From contig NC_087436.1 in NCBI RefSeq assembly GCF_036321535.1, forward strand, positions 97,652,001-97,716,000: a stretch of DNA of 64,000 bases, in the 5' to 3' direction. The notes below the pieces were generated by a model, which was given only the letters and a program-made list of their open reading frames with translations, searched no databases and had not been told where the DNA came from. Shown here piece after piece: positions 29,269 to 41,670 of this stretch. Position 1 is the first letter of the stretch; the number at the start of each line of letters is the position of its first letter. The DNA comes from Camelus dromedarius (taxonomy: Eukaryota). The position numbers were made by a program, and so were the translations under genes.

Positions 29269-30354
29269 TGTTATTTGTTGAAGTGGGAGCTCAGGTACTT
29301 AACAAGACAACACAGTCCATTTTTGTGAATTCTTTAACGATTCCAGCATGTTTCAGAGAGAGATAAGGCACAAGGTCTTGAGAAATGCTGATCCCTGGAA
29401 GCTGCAGCGAAGCCTCTGATTCACCCTTTACTTTGGAGCAAGTGAATTCACTGACTGCTTAGTCTGAAGCTGAAGCCAGCATAACCTGAACACATCCCCA
29501 GTGTCTCTGGATGTTTGGGGCTAAATTTGGTGATAATCAAAAGAAACAAAGAGTGCCTTCCAGAGCTTTTCCTTCAAGGCTCCAAAAGAACAAAAGGCAC
29601 CCCTAACTGGGTAAGATGGGTATGTCTTGATAACCAGGGCTTTCCAAACAGCTCAGAATCAAAGGTAAATGGGAACCTTCCAGGCTAGCTGGGGAGACAA
29701 TGTCTGTTCCATCTATTGCTAGTGATAGATGAATATGTTATTATCTTTCCTCTAACCTTTTTCCTTCTAATCAATTTCACTTTGAGGCCTGGGAAAATAT
29801 GTTAAAATGTAGGCACTCCCACCCCCGACTCCCACTCCAACACCAAAAATATCACAGGACTCATTTTTGACAGGTTAGGATGTAGATATTTTTGTAATTT
29901 GACCTGACAGTCAACAGTTTTCTTCCTATCTTTCATTGGCTCCAGTCTCATGCATGCTCGTACTCCGTAAATTCTTCTTCCCAACCTTGGCAAGATCGTT
30001 GAAAGGGAATTAGAGATCAGTTTTCATGCTTCACAAAAGCTGCTTCTTGTTTTATTTTGTTTGGCTCCAGTATAAAGAATACAGAAGTGTTACTTAGGAA
30101 ATGATCTCAAACCCAATTTCTTTCTACTAGTTTTCAAAAAGTGAAAAGTTCATGGTTTAAGAAAACATTGAAATAAAGGAATAACAAGAAACACTTTATA
30201 TTGATCTTGTAAAAGTATGCTTACATGATATAAAACTTCCTGGTATGCATATGAGACACTGAACGTAGTTTTAAAATAACATATAACATAGGTGGAAATG
30301 ATATGAAATTTACTTTAAAACTTCCTAAATCTCTTTCTTATGCAATGTTAATGG

Positions 30355-30841
30355 TGTGATCAAAAAATACTGCAAACCATATCAGAAAACAAAGAATGCT
30401 GAAGCCATCAAGTCATCAGCGGCTGCCGCCACCCCCCAGTGAAGACAAGCCTGCAGCCCAGCCTCTGCAGCCACTCACAATGGTGCACCCTGAGGGGACT
30501 CAGAATAAGAAAGGACAGGATACTGGCCCTAGATAGCTAGGGGCTTGTCAAAGGAATGAATTCAAGGAGCCCAAAAGCTTGCTTCCTCCCACACACAGAA
30601 AAGCACTAAATTCTTTAACTTGAGATGCCTGGTTTTCTTTAGTTAACAAGTAATCTTTTAATGTTCCAACTACCTGGTCTTTGTTGTAAAACTCCTATAT
30701 ATCCTAGCTCCTCCCCCACCTCTTTGGAGCAGTCCCTCAGAGCGATCTGAGAGGCTGTCATCCTGGGCTGAGTCCTTAGAATTGTCTACCGAATAAAACA
30801 TAACTCTCAACTTTTAGGCTGTGCATTTATTTCAGTTGACA
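30355..30841 (+). mobile_element. ERV1-class solo LTR (MER34/LTR39-like)
   Basis: TG...CA termini and exact TSD ATGG (30351-30354, 30842-30845). Has ctatatat box and aataaaacataactctcaacttttaggctgtgca...cagttgaca end. Confidence 0.9.
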
Positions 30842-31079
30842 ATGGTTTAAAGTAGAAGACTGCCATTTCCAGCCATGATGAAGTAACAATCCTTGCTTGA
30901 AAGAACAAACATTCCAGGAAAAAATATGGAAAAATTATTTCCAGAAACAAAAGCACAAGGCAATGATCACTGAGAGTGGGAAAAATAAGCAAGGTGAGCC
31001 TGGTGCCTGTCTTAGCTATTGCCTCGAAGAGTCCAAGACCGAAGCACGGGGAGTGGGACCCTAGCAGGTCTGCCCTGGC

Positions 31080-32040
31080 ATCACTGGAGTCTTTAGTGCA
31101 TATGCACATCCAGCCAAGGATTTGGGGGGGAGGTTATAATTACAGCTTTATATTCACATTATATTACGCCTTCCTTTCCAAGTTTCACCCCTCAGTGACA
31201 GCCCTGAATCCCTCTGACACCTTAAGCCAATGACGAGGATTTCCCCAAAAGCTCTTACCAGCTCTTGCTAATTAACTGGAGAGTGGGTAAGGGGTTAAGC
31301 TGAGACAGGAAGGGGGCAGGGCACAGCCATTCAAGGAATGCTACAGCAATTAGCATCAAAATGGTGAAAGATTCAACCCCCAGTAGGCCTTGAGGCTCAA
31401 GGTGGTTGGAAATTTGACTCTTAGCAGATCTTGAGCTTCATTATACGCCCACTGTAATGTATTAACGTGGTAAATAACATACCCACAGGCACCACGGCAG
31501 TCCCAAGGCTAGCCACAAAAGGTCAAAGAGTGGGAAACGGCCAACTTCCTGGGAATCCCAGCCCCTTCCCCAGGCTACTTAGACTGGTCCTTCCACTTCT
31601 TAGTATATGAAGCCACCAAGCCCATAAAAACTAGCAACAGGGTGCTTCTCAGCCACCTCTCTCTCTCTTCTTCTCTCTCCCTCCTCCCTCCTCCCCCGGA
31701 GACCAGCCACATTCTGTCTATGGAGTGTGTACATACTTTTAATCTGAGCACTCAACCCCCACACCTCTGGCCTTTCTCTTGCCTTTCAATATATCTCTCT
31801 GAATAAATCTACCTTCACTCAACTGTGGCTCACTCTTGAATTCTTTCCTGTGCGAAGCCAAGGACCCACACTTGGAGGGGCACATCCCAGGGGCTCAACC
31901 TAAACTTGGGACACAGCCCTTCTCACACCCCACATCTCTTTTCCTGCATCAAAGCCACACAAATTTGGACCTCACCCTCTGCAGTTTCTTTCAAGGACTC
32001 AATTCATTCCCAGATTCTGTGTAATTTGGGTCATTCCAAT
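31080..32040 (-). mobile_element. Old L1ME 5'-region remnant interrupted by an LTR
   Basis: gacagccctgaatccctctgacaccttaagccaat...aagc|cacacaaatttggacctcacc...ttctttcaagg continues across the LTR and resembles an antisense L1ME 5' end. Confidence 0.5.
31301..31951 (+). mobile_element. ERV1 solo LTR, MER41-like
   Basis: TG...CA termini and exact TSD AAGC (31297-31300, 31952-31955). MER41-type tracts: cccacaggcaccacggcagt, ctgtctatggagtgtg, aataaatctaccttcact, cttgaattctttcctgtgcgaagccaaggaccc. Confidence 0.9.
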
Positions 32041-32519
32041 TCCATCAAATAACTATTTTATTTTTTGGTTCAGAATATAATGGTTATCGGAGTTACAGTT
32101 AGTCCAAAACAAGTTGTGTGAAATTGTTTGTCTCATAATTGTTTACATGTTTCTCAATTTGAATTGGAATGTATTTATCAAACTACAGGAATTTACTTAT
32201 ATTCATTATAAAACATAGCAACGCTCAGCAGTCTACCATCTAGTACTCATAATGAAAATATACAAACTCATTCAGTAACCTGGAATCTCAAATACTTCAC
32301 TTTCTGATAATATTTTTTTTGTGCCCAGATATATTACTGATGAATAAGTACTTAGTAAGAGTCTCATTTTATATTTTTTCCACAATTAAAAGCATAAAAG
32401 GTAACCAAGAGAATAGGTCACATTTCCTTTTGGAAACAATCTTTGACCAGGCTGATTCCCTAACTTGTTCATTTACTTTGAATCTAAACATATCATCACC
32501 AGTCAACAGTTAGTATTCC

Positions 32520-33230
32520 AGATTGGGACAAAAATAAGTTCAAAAGATAGGAACATATAAAGTACAGACTGAGATGAATGCTGTGGGGGAAATACACAAG
32601 TATAATGGATGCTATGCCCCTCTATCATGCCGTGTTCAGAGACAGCCTCTTGGAGAAGGCGACATTTAAGTGTAGATATGGAAGATGAAAAGAAATTACT
32701 CTGCAACACCTTGATGGAATGTTTTCCATGAAGAATGAACAAATTATGCAAAGACCCTGAGGCAGGAAAGTTCTCAGTAAGAGATAGGACTATGGAGACC
32801 AGTGTGACAAGATGATGAGCAGAAAGTAGCATGAGACAAAAAGGGCATGTTTAACAGAGAAGATCTTAAAGATCCTTACCTTTATGGTACAGAGTTTAGA
32901 TTTTTCCTTTAAGTCCTAAAATGAAAAATCTACTAGATGTTTTGTAAGGAAATATGATTTAACTTTTTTTTTAAATAAAGTCATTCTGTACTAAATGGAG
33001 AACCAGCAGAAAGTAAGCAGGAAAAGTTACTTTCTTAGGTGGTTACTTGGAATTTCGCTGATTGGGGAGATGAAAAGAAAGTGAATTAGATTAAAATATA
33101 GATTAAAAATTAATCTGAGAGTACAATAGAGAGATTTAAAACTGATAGACTGAATGTGTCTGGCTGATGAAAAAAATAATTCTTTAATCCCTTTGGAATA
33201 CATTCGGTTACAACGTTTACTATAATGGTG
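32520..33230 (-). mobile_element. L2 LINE fragment
   Basis: tgcaaagaccctgaggcaggaaag...ggagaccagtgtgac...gagtttagatttttcct resembles antisense L2. Confidence 0.7.
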
Positions 33231-34195
33231 AGGGTTTAACGAGGAAGTTGGTTATTTCATGAAATCCATCTGATTTAAAGAAGCCATATGTATCATGCAC
33301 CTTAAAATAACTTGATAGATAGCTATACTTTTTGGTAAATTCCTCCTGTATGTTTTAAATCTGGCACCAAGACCACAGTCAGGGCTGGTATATAGCTATT
33401 ATCTTGTACAAATAATGTTAGTTTAAATGTTGAATTTCAACACTTCTATGCTGGTTGGTAAATAGTCACTGCTCCAAGTCCTAATATGCAAACTTTTCCT
33501 CTCTCAAGACCTCTGGACAGTTTTGTGATCCAAAAATTAGAGGGCTAAAATTAGAGCACACGGTAGGAAATATCCAGAAATTTGCTCTAGCTTTATGGCT
33601 TAGTGCTTGTCTACTCAGAACACTAAAGCCCAAGCCACATATTTTGCCTACTACACAAAACCAATTCTTTACAATTATTTGATTTTTCACCATCTAGAAT
33701 TTCCTGGCTAGATCCATTACACCTTTTTGAGTATTTTTTCCCATCTCTAAAAAATATTGCTCTAGAATTTTGTATTGTGATTACATTTAGAGACACAGAA
33801 ATCTTTACAAAATTGCAAATCTTCCATCAATAAAAGGGTTTCTCCACATAAAACAATTTTACCCCAGGTCTTAAAATAGACTTTTATAATTTTATTTACA
33901 CAAGTTCTACACACTTATGAAGAAGTTTATAGTTCTAGATTTTATATTTAAAATTTTTGGATTGGAATTTTTTAAAATTATACTTGCTAAGTACTATTAA
34001 AATTTAAGAAAAATATTTTTTCTTTCATATTTATCCATGCAACTGACCACATTACTGAAATCTCAGAATTTTCTAGTGGTTTACATTTCCCAATGACTTA
34101 TGCTTAGCAAATCAAATAATTTTATTAATAAGTAATGATAATCATTTTTTCCTTCTTTCCTATATTTATGTTTCTTGACACAAGAAATACAATTC

Positions 34196-34208
34196 ATTAT
34201 ATATATAT

Positions 34209-34250
<42 letters not shown>

Positions 34251-34252
34251 AT
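34196..34252. repeat. (TA)n microsatellite
   Basis: Directly visible. Confidence 0.95.
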
Positions 34253-34254
34253 CA

Positions 34255-34630
34255 GTTTCAATTAAATATTTATGGTTTCCTTGTGTGCAAATGTAGAATT
34301 ACACTTCCTTACTCCCTTCAAACAGCATATGACTATGAGATTTGCTTTGAACAATATTTATACATGTCATTTCCAGGTGAAATCTTTAGTAGCCAGGTAA
34401 TAATTGGCTATGTTTCCCACTCCCTGACCAGTAATCAAAAAATAACATGTACAAAGGAATGTTACATCAGCCTGGCACCTTGGGTGACTAAGTCATATGT
34501 TCAAAAACATAGCTGGGCCTGTAGCATAAGATATTGATATTTTTAAAGGACATTCATTTTTGTTTTATTAAAGCATTGAGATTTGCAAATTATTCACCCT
34601 TTATTTTCTCATCTTATCTATTAACATTGA
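34255..34630 (+). mobile_element. MaLR LTR (MLT1I/J-like)
   Basis: gtagaattacacttccttactcccttc...ttgctttgaacaat...catcagcctggcaccttgggtgacta...ttgttttattaaagcattgagattt. Confidence 0.65.
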
Positions 34631-36079
34631 CGTGGACTCCAGAATGGTTAAAAATATTTCATCGTGCCCCACCTAAAGAACCTTACATAATCCTGCATCT
34701 GGCACGTATGCAATATGCGTTATGTCCAGACAAAATTCTATAAAATATGCCTGTTATCAAAGAGTACCAATCCCCTCTTTCAGCTCAAAGGGAATTATCC
34801 TTTTCCCTTTTCATAATTTTTCTATGAAGAAATTTATTTACATTATTCTATTAGAAAATAAAAGGTGATGATGCTAATGTTTGCATATATAAATACATTG
34901 TTACATACATATATATTTCAATTTAAGAAAACAATAGTGTTTAAAATTAGGCAGAGTTGAATCAAAGTATATCATCATATAGGTATGTTTTATGTATAAT
35001 ATACATACACACACTCACTTTCTATTGTATAACTAACTCCTTGAAAGGAGAGGATAATTGCTTATTTAAATTTTTTAAATTTATATATCACATGCCTAGT
35101 ACAATTTCTAGTTTAATAAATATTTCTTGACTGAAGTTCTAACTGTAAATGCTGCTATATATCTTACAGCTTCTGCAACTTTAGATATGGTTAAATAATT
35201 TGTGTACTTAAAATATGAAAGGCTGTAAAACTCACCTTTGTTTAAGTATTTTTAAAAAATATTTAATTTTCTTTTAAGTCATAATAAAATGCTGATATAA
35301 GCAGAGCTTTAAATGATTATATATATGCATGTAATTTTCTGCTTATAGTTTAATAAGTACAATTATTATTTCATGAGGCATCATTAACTTTTATGGTGGT
35401 TTTTCTACACATATAAAGTCACTGCCCATTTGATGTACTGGAAACGCTTATTTTAAGATTAATATAAGTAACTGCATGTACAGGGTTCTGGTTATATTTT
35501 TGTAAGAGCATACTTTAATTAAGTTTGAATGCCTCGGCAAGGAGATAATTATTAGGATACGAAACATAAAATCAATCATCCTTGCCCAGGATTGTTCACT
35601 TATGCAGATCTTTAAGATTGGAGTCATTAACAAATATAAGATACATCCTGGGCATGAAGACCTAAAGGCAGTGGAGTTATCCCAAGTCAAGTGGCCTTAC
35701 CTCCTCATATTGAAGTTTTCTTGTACAAAACATTGCAAAAACCCTGGGAATTTGCCTGTTGGCCAACTATTCTAACTCCAAACTAACTGCTCTGCCTCTA
35801 GATATTTAGAAACAAAATGTGCTCTACAAAAGTTGTCAGTTTGAGGTAGAAAATAAGTTTCTTCCTACTCTATGAAATCAGTTTAATAGACGTAGCAAGT
35901 AGTTTTTTTAAATGTGATATGATACAACAGTGATGTAAAAGAAATTATATGCATAATAAAGTAACAATAGATGAAATATGGTGATAAATATAATTTGTAA
36001 ATATGAAAAGTTCACAGTGAATCAGTTGGTCCTGGGAGACCAGATCCAAAATCAAAGAATTGAGAGGAAATCTTTATTG

Positions 36080-36610
36080 TAAATAGCGCAGACTTTTCCA
36101 GCAAATACATGCTAAACTCTTCTAATGCATTATTCATACTCCTATTCCAATTACTTCTATAATCACATTTGATAGCATTGTTTCCATATCCCATCATCTT
36201 GCATATTTTCCGGTCTCTGTTTTTTGACCATATCCAACTATTTCTCAGCTGTGGGCCTTTCACTTGTTTCTTCTAACTAGAGTATGTCTCTATATTTCCT
36301 GCCACATTTAACCTAGGGGAACAGGGTGGGTCTCAGCTTGCATGCTGAACTTTCACAGGTAAATTACTCTGTTGAAATTAGCATCCTCCCCTTGTGTATT
36401 CTATCACATCACCCTTTAACCAATCTGCAAAGGAATCTATTAAAACCTGTAATTTTCTTCTTCGTAGAAGAATCACTGTAGGTTTACATTTTTTTTTTTT
36501 CTGACTTTGCCATCATAATTTAAGATCCATAAAGACAACAATTTTTTCTCCTCATCACTGGTATATATCCAGTGACTAGCACAATCAATGCATTTGAAAA
36601 TGAATAAATT
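36080..36610 (+). mobile_element. L2 fragment including 3' end
   Basis: ctgtgggcctttcacttgtttcttctaactagag...taagatccataaagaca...catcactggtatatatccagtgactagcaca. Confidence 0.55.
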
Positions 36611-36857
36611 TAAATAACCTAACAGTGAAAAGTGAGACTGAATTTATGATCCTTGAATGTCCCCCTTCCATTTCACAATTTTAAAACAGAGAATTATCAA
36701 CCATGTTAAGCAATTAAATATAATTGGTGAATACATCCAAGTTATGAATGCTAAAAATGAAAAATCACATATTAGTAGCCTTATCATGAGTTAATGTTGC
36801 TGTGAAGACATCTTCATGCTCATACTACTATTAATTTTCAAAATTATTATACACTGA

Positions 36858-37060
36858 AGGAGTGTGGTGAGAATTCTGAGGGTGTGGGGTCTGGAAACAA
36901 AGTTTAAATCCTAGCTTGACACCTTCTGTTTACGTCACTTAACTTCTCTGTGACTCAGTATTTGTATCATGAAGAGATAATAATTATGCCTATAAATTAG
37001 ATTTTTATGAACATTAAGTAAATAAATATATAAAATGTTTACATCAAAAGGTGTTGTCGG
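36858..37060 (+). mobile_element. MIR SINE
   Basis: gggtgtggggtctggaa...gtttaaatcctagct...gtcacttaacttctctgtgactcagt. Confidence 0.7.
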
Positions 37061-38587
37061 TAATTATGTTCTCTTTTTAAGACTGGAATCTTCCCTTACC
37101 ATTTGTTTACATATCTAAAAATGAACTGCAAAGAGACCTAACTGACTTCTTAGTAAATTGCTCAGAAAACTTCTGATCCAATGACAGAATTTATTATATA
37201 TTCATAATATCAAGTCCCATGGCAAATATAAACACAGTGTTTGTATTTAAATGTGAGCCTCACTTATTAACTTAAATCAATCATTACAATTACATTGATG
37301 TTTTTTGTTTGTAAATCATGGACTTTTTCCACGATGTAATTCTAATTCTAACTCCCTTGTCATCTATTTAACAATAAACTTCCCTTCAACTTGAACACAG
37401 GAAGAATTTATTGCTCTTTAATAGTGTGTGATTATCTTGTTTATTTATGCCCAGAGACAGAAGGATGAATTTGCTGTTTAAAGTACATGACACACAATAG
37501 AAAATAATTGTCATTCTATAGCAAAAGTCTCACTTTCATTTTTACTCAAGGCAAAATACGTCTTTTATGTTTAGATTAGACAGAATGGAAAGAGACTGTA
37601 AGCCTAATCATTTGAATCCGGGGGTAAAAATTATGAACTATGTCTAGGAATCCAATGTCTCCTTTTTTAAATGTAAGTTTTACCCTAAATTTCATTTTCC
37701 TTTTAAAGCAAAGAAAAAAGTCTATCATAATAGTGGAAGTGTGATTGAAATTGTTTGTTCACTTAAGGAAAATCATTTTTTTTTATAGTTTAAAAAGTTT
37801 ATTTTAAAAGAGAAATGTAGCCAATTTCAATAGAAATTTCATCTATTCAATAGAAACTTCATCTATTTCAGTAGAAATAATCTATTTGACTAGACTGTAA
37901 AGATTGGAAGGAATGTTAAATGTATCAAGATGAGAACAGAAAGCATAAAGATTTATGAGAATATCTGCATAAATAGTGACTATAAGTTTCTCAAACGTGG
38001 GGAAATATTATACAAAATAGTACTAATTTTAGTTTAGGCAATCAGAAATACCATTAAAATATAAGAAAAATTTATTATATAAGTGTGCTGAAAAGTGAAT
38101 TAAGAAAAATGTCATACTATTATCTGGATCATATGATTTGGAGGTATTTTTCAGTTTTTTTAAAAAGTTGCAATTTATTATCTTTTTTTTTTATTTGAAA
38201 TCATTTTCACACAACTTTTTTTCCTATTTGAATTGTATTTTTAGCTACTTCAGTAAAAAAATTTAATGGCAAATTTGAATGTAAAATGTCCAAATTTTAG
38301 GTAAACAAGGTCACAGATTTGTACTCTAGTACAGTGCTTTCACCTATGCGGTTTTGATAAGACAAAATAATAAGGTTCCTATGAATCAGTGTATCACAGT
38401 CAATTCCAAAATATTGTAGATCTATGGTTTCTCAAGATTAACTCATAAATAATTAATCTTACGTCAGTGACTCATTTGCATGAGTACTTTCTACAACCAT
38501 CATCTTTAAAGACTGCATTGTGACAACCTCTCCTGCTCAAGTGTTTTCTATTGCACATAGAAACACTAGTGTAGTTATGTTACAGTC

Positions 38588-39155
38588 TGTGATGGTTAAT
38601 TTTATATATCAACTTGACTGGACCATGGGGTTTCAGATATTTGGTCAAACATAATTCCAGATTCTTTGTGAGGGTGTTTTTAGATGAAATTAACATTTCA
38701 GTCTGTCGACTGACTAAAGCAAATTGCCCTCCTTAATGCTGGGTGGGCCTCATCCAGTCAGTTCAAAGCCTAAATAAAGCAAAAAGACTGCCTGTCCCCC
38801 CAAGTAAGAGAGAATTCTTCTTTCTCTATGGCCTTTGAACTGGGACACTGGCTTTTTTCCTTGCCTCTGGACCAAACTGGAACATTAGCTCTTTCCAAGT
38901 CTCATGATTTCTAGTCTTTAGACTGAAACAGCAATATTATCTCTCCTGGTCTCCAGCATTTGAACTTGATCTGGAATCAAACCAGTGACCGTCCTGGATC
39001 TCCAGCTTGCCAATTCACCCTGCAGACCTTGACATTTGCCAGCTTCCATAGTCATGGTTTTTAAATCCTTATAATAAATCTCTTCTTATATTTATACACA
39101 CATACACACACACACTTCCATGGTTCTGCTTCTCTGGAGAACCCTTACTAATACA
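38588..39155 (+). mobile_element. ERVL solo LTR, MLT2 (MLT2B/D-like)
   Basis: Starts tgtgatggttaattttatatatcaacttgactgg and ends ggttctgcttctctggagaacccttactaataca, both canonical MLT2 termini. Confidence 0.92.
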
Positions 39156-39417
39156 ATGTTATAAATCTTTCAATTGGAAAAACAGTATCATTGATTTTCC
39201 TATTTACATTATTTCTTTGGGAGCACAAGATGCCATTATAAATACAATTTAAGGCAAATTTCTATTTTTGGAGAGGCATTCAAAATGAATGCCAAACTTA
39301 AAAAAGTTTCTTTTGTATGTTGTAGTTTTCTTTGAAAGGGTTTCTGAAAATGACATACATTATAAGCTAATAGTATTTTTCAGCTTTTATAATGTACATT
39401 TTTTTTTAAAGTATAAT

Positions 39418-41670
39418 GGGAGAGGAGATGAAGATGGCTGAGTAGGAGGGCTCATGTTCCCCCAGGAACACATGAAAAATACATCTGCATGTGGAGCAAT
39501 TTTCACTGAAAACAAACTGGAGGCTGGCAGAAATGCTCTTTGACAACCAAGGCTGTAAGGAAAGATCCCCATGGAGTTCAGCAGGAAGGGAAGAGAAGCA
39601 ATCAGGTCAGGACCAATTCCCCTAAGAGGGGACACAGAAGAGGAGGGGATATCATGGTTTTGGAAATTCTCCCTGGGAAGTGATCAGTTCAGACCACATA
39701 CTGGGCACCCCAACCCTAGGGTTCTCCACCGGGAAAACAAGTCCCCTCAGCTGGCTTGAAAACCAGCGAGACTTACAGGAGGGCTGGAAGAAACCAAGAC
39801 GCTGCTCATAAAGAGTCATGTATGCTTACTTACTCTTAGGAACAAGACAGAGGAAACAGACTGAAACTGCCAGGGTCCCTGGCTGGTTTCCCACAGCTGA
39901 CACAGTGCATGCCCAGACTCATCTTGAGTACCTGCTCTGGCCCCTCTAGCTCCAGAACAGCTCCCCCCTAGGGCAAAGGTTGCTATTACCAAGGAGAGTG
40001 TGCATGTGGGGGAGAAGGACCAGCACTCCAGCTGAATGGGATGAGGGCAGCCATTGTTGGAGCTCGGGAGGCCATAGGTCAGGAGCTCTCAATCTCTGCC
40101 TGGCATGGACCGTCCCAGGGCACACCCCAGCCTGCAGTGGGCACCCACTCCAGCCCCTCTTGCTCCAGCACTGCTCTCCTCTAAGGTGAAGATGCCCTTA
40201 TTGTTGGGGGAGAGTGCACACTTAAAGGGAACAGAACCAGTTGGGATCTGACCATCAGGGCATCTGCTTCAGCACCTTGGTGACAACCACTGAACATAGA
40301 AGTCCTCACTCACACCTGGTTGTGCCTCTAGCCCTTCCATCTCCAGCCCCACCTCCCACCAAGATGAGGCTGCCAGCTCACCCTGGGGGAAGGTGTGACC
40401 TGTGCTCACTTCAGATCCAGCTCCCCCAACACACACACCGGACACACACAGACTGCACAGGGAGGCTCCCACCCAAGGATACTCCTTCAAGACCAGGATC
40501 AGTAACTGTATCATCTTATTTCACAGAGACAGAGAAAGTTAAACAAAATGAGAAGACAGAGGAATTCGTTTTAAAAGGAAGAAGAAGAAGAAGAAGAAGA
40601 AGGAGAAGGGGAAGCGGAAGGGGAAGGGGAAGCAGAAGGGGAAGGGGAAGGGGAAGCGGAGGGGAAGGGGAAGAAGAAAAAAAACCCTGAAAAAACAACT
40701 AATGAAACAAAAATAATTTACCAGATCCAAGTATTGGTAATAAGAATGCCATTTGAACTTTGGAAAAGAATAGATGAACACAATGAGAATTTTAGCAAAG
40801 ATCTAGAAAATCTGCAAAGAACCAGCCAGACAGTCAGAGATGAAGAATACAATAACTGAAATGAAATGCACATCAGAAGGAATTAGCAGCAGACTAGGTG
40901 ATAAGAAAGAACACAGAACTGATCTGAAAGATGGAATAATAATCACCCAATCAGAACAGCAAAAAGAAAAGCAAATGAAAAAATGAGGACAGTTTAAGGG
41001 ACCTTTTAGACAATATCAGTGTACTGACACTCACATTATAGGGGTCCCAGAAGAGGACAGAGAGATAGGGGTCAAAAATATATTTGATGAAATTATGGCT
41101 GAAAACTTCCCGAATCTGAAGAAGGAAACCGACATCCAAGTATAGGAGCACAGATCAAACAAGATAAATCTAAAGAGAGCCACATCAGGAAATATCATAA
41201 TTAAAATGGCAAAATTTAAAGATAGAGAGTTCTCAAGGCAGCAAGAAATTTTCCTATTTGAAACAACATGGATGGACCTGGAGATTATTCTTAGTGAGCT
41301 AAGACAGAGAAAGACAAACTCTGATGTTAACACTCTATATGTAGAATCTAAAAAATAAAACAAAGGAATGGATATAACAAAAAAGAAACAGACTTACAGA
41401 TCAGGAGAACAAACTAGTGGTTAGCAGTAGAGAGACAGAGGGGAGAGGCAAGACAGGGTTAGGGGATTAAGAGGTACAAGGTACTATGTACAAAATAAAT
41501 AAGCTACAAAGATGCATTGTAGAGCACAGGGACTATAGCCAATATCTTATAGTAACTTTAAAGTGGAGTATAATCTTTAAAACACAGAATGTCTATGCTG
41601 TGCAGCTGAAGCTAATATATTTTAAATCAACTATACTTCAATAAAAAATAAAATCATATAAAAATTTTTA
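39418..41670 (+). mobile_element. Internally deleted L1 (5' UTR + most of ORF1 fused to ORF2 tail + 3' UTR)
   Basis: GC-richer 5' UTR starting gggagaggagatgaagatggc. Decayed ORF1 from ATG 40548 (IIGVPEE, EIMAENFPNL, IIIKMAKFKD). Jump at ~41245 into the TTWMDLE ORF2 tail, then a cetartiodactyl-type 3' UTR and A-rich tail. TSD aaagtataat (39408-39417) / aaggtgtaat (41671-41680). Confidence 0.9.
40577..40683. repeat. (GAA)n/(GGGGAA)n purine microsatellite inside L1 ORF1
   Basis: Directly visible; produces the RRRR/RGRG tail of ORF 40241..40690. Confidence 0.95.

Noticed and set aside
29269..29730. Possible additional old LTR
   Set aside because: Higher GC and LTR-like feel, but no convincing termini, TSD or family match.
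40241..40690. 149-aa ORF with an R/RG-rich tail
   Set aside because: Lies in the L1 5' UTR/ORF1 start; the tail is a translated (GAA)n/(GGGGAA)n microsatellite.
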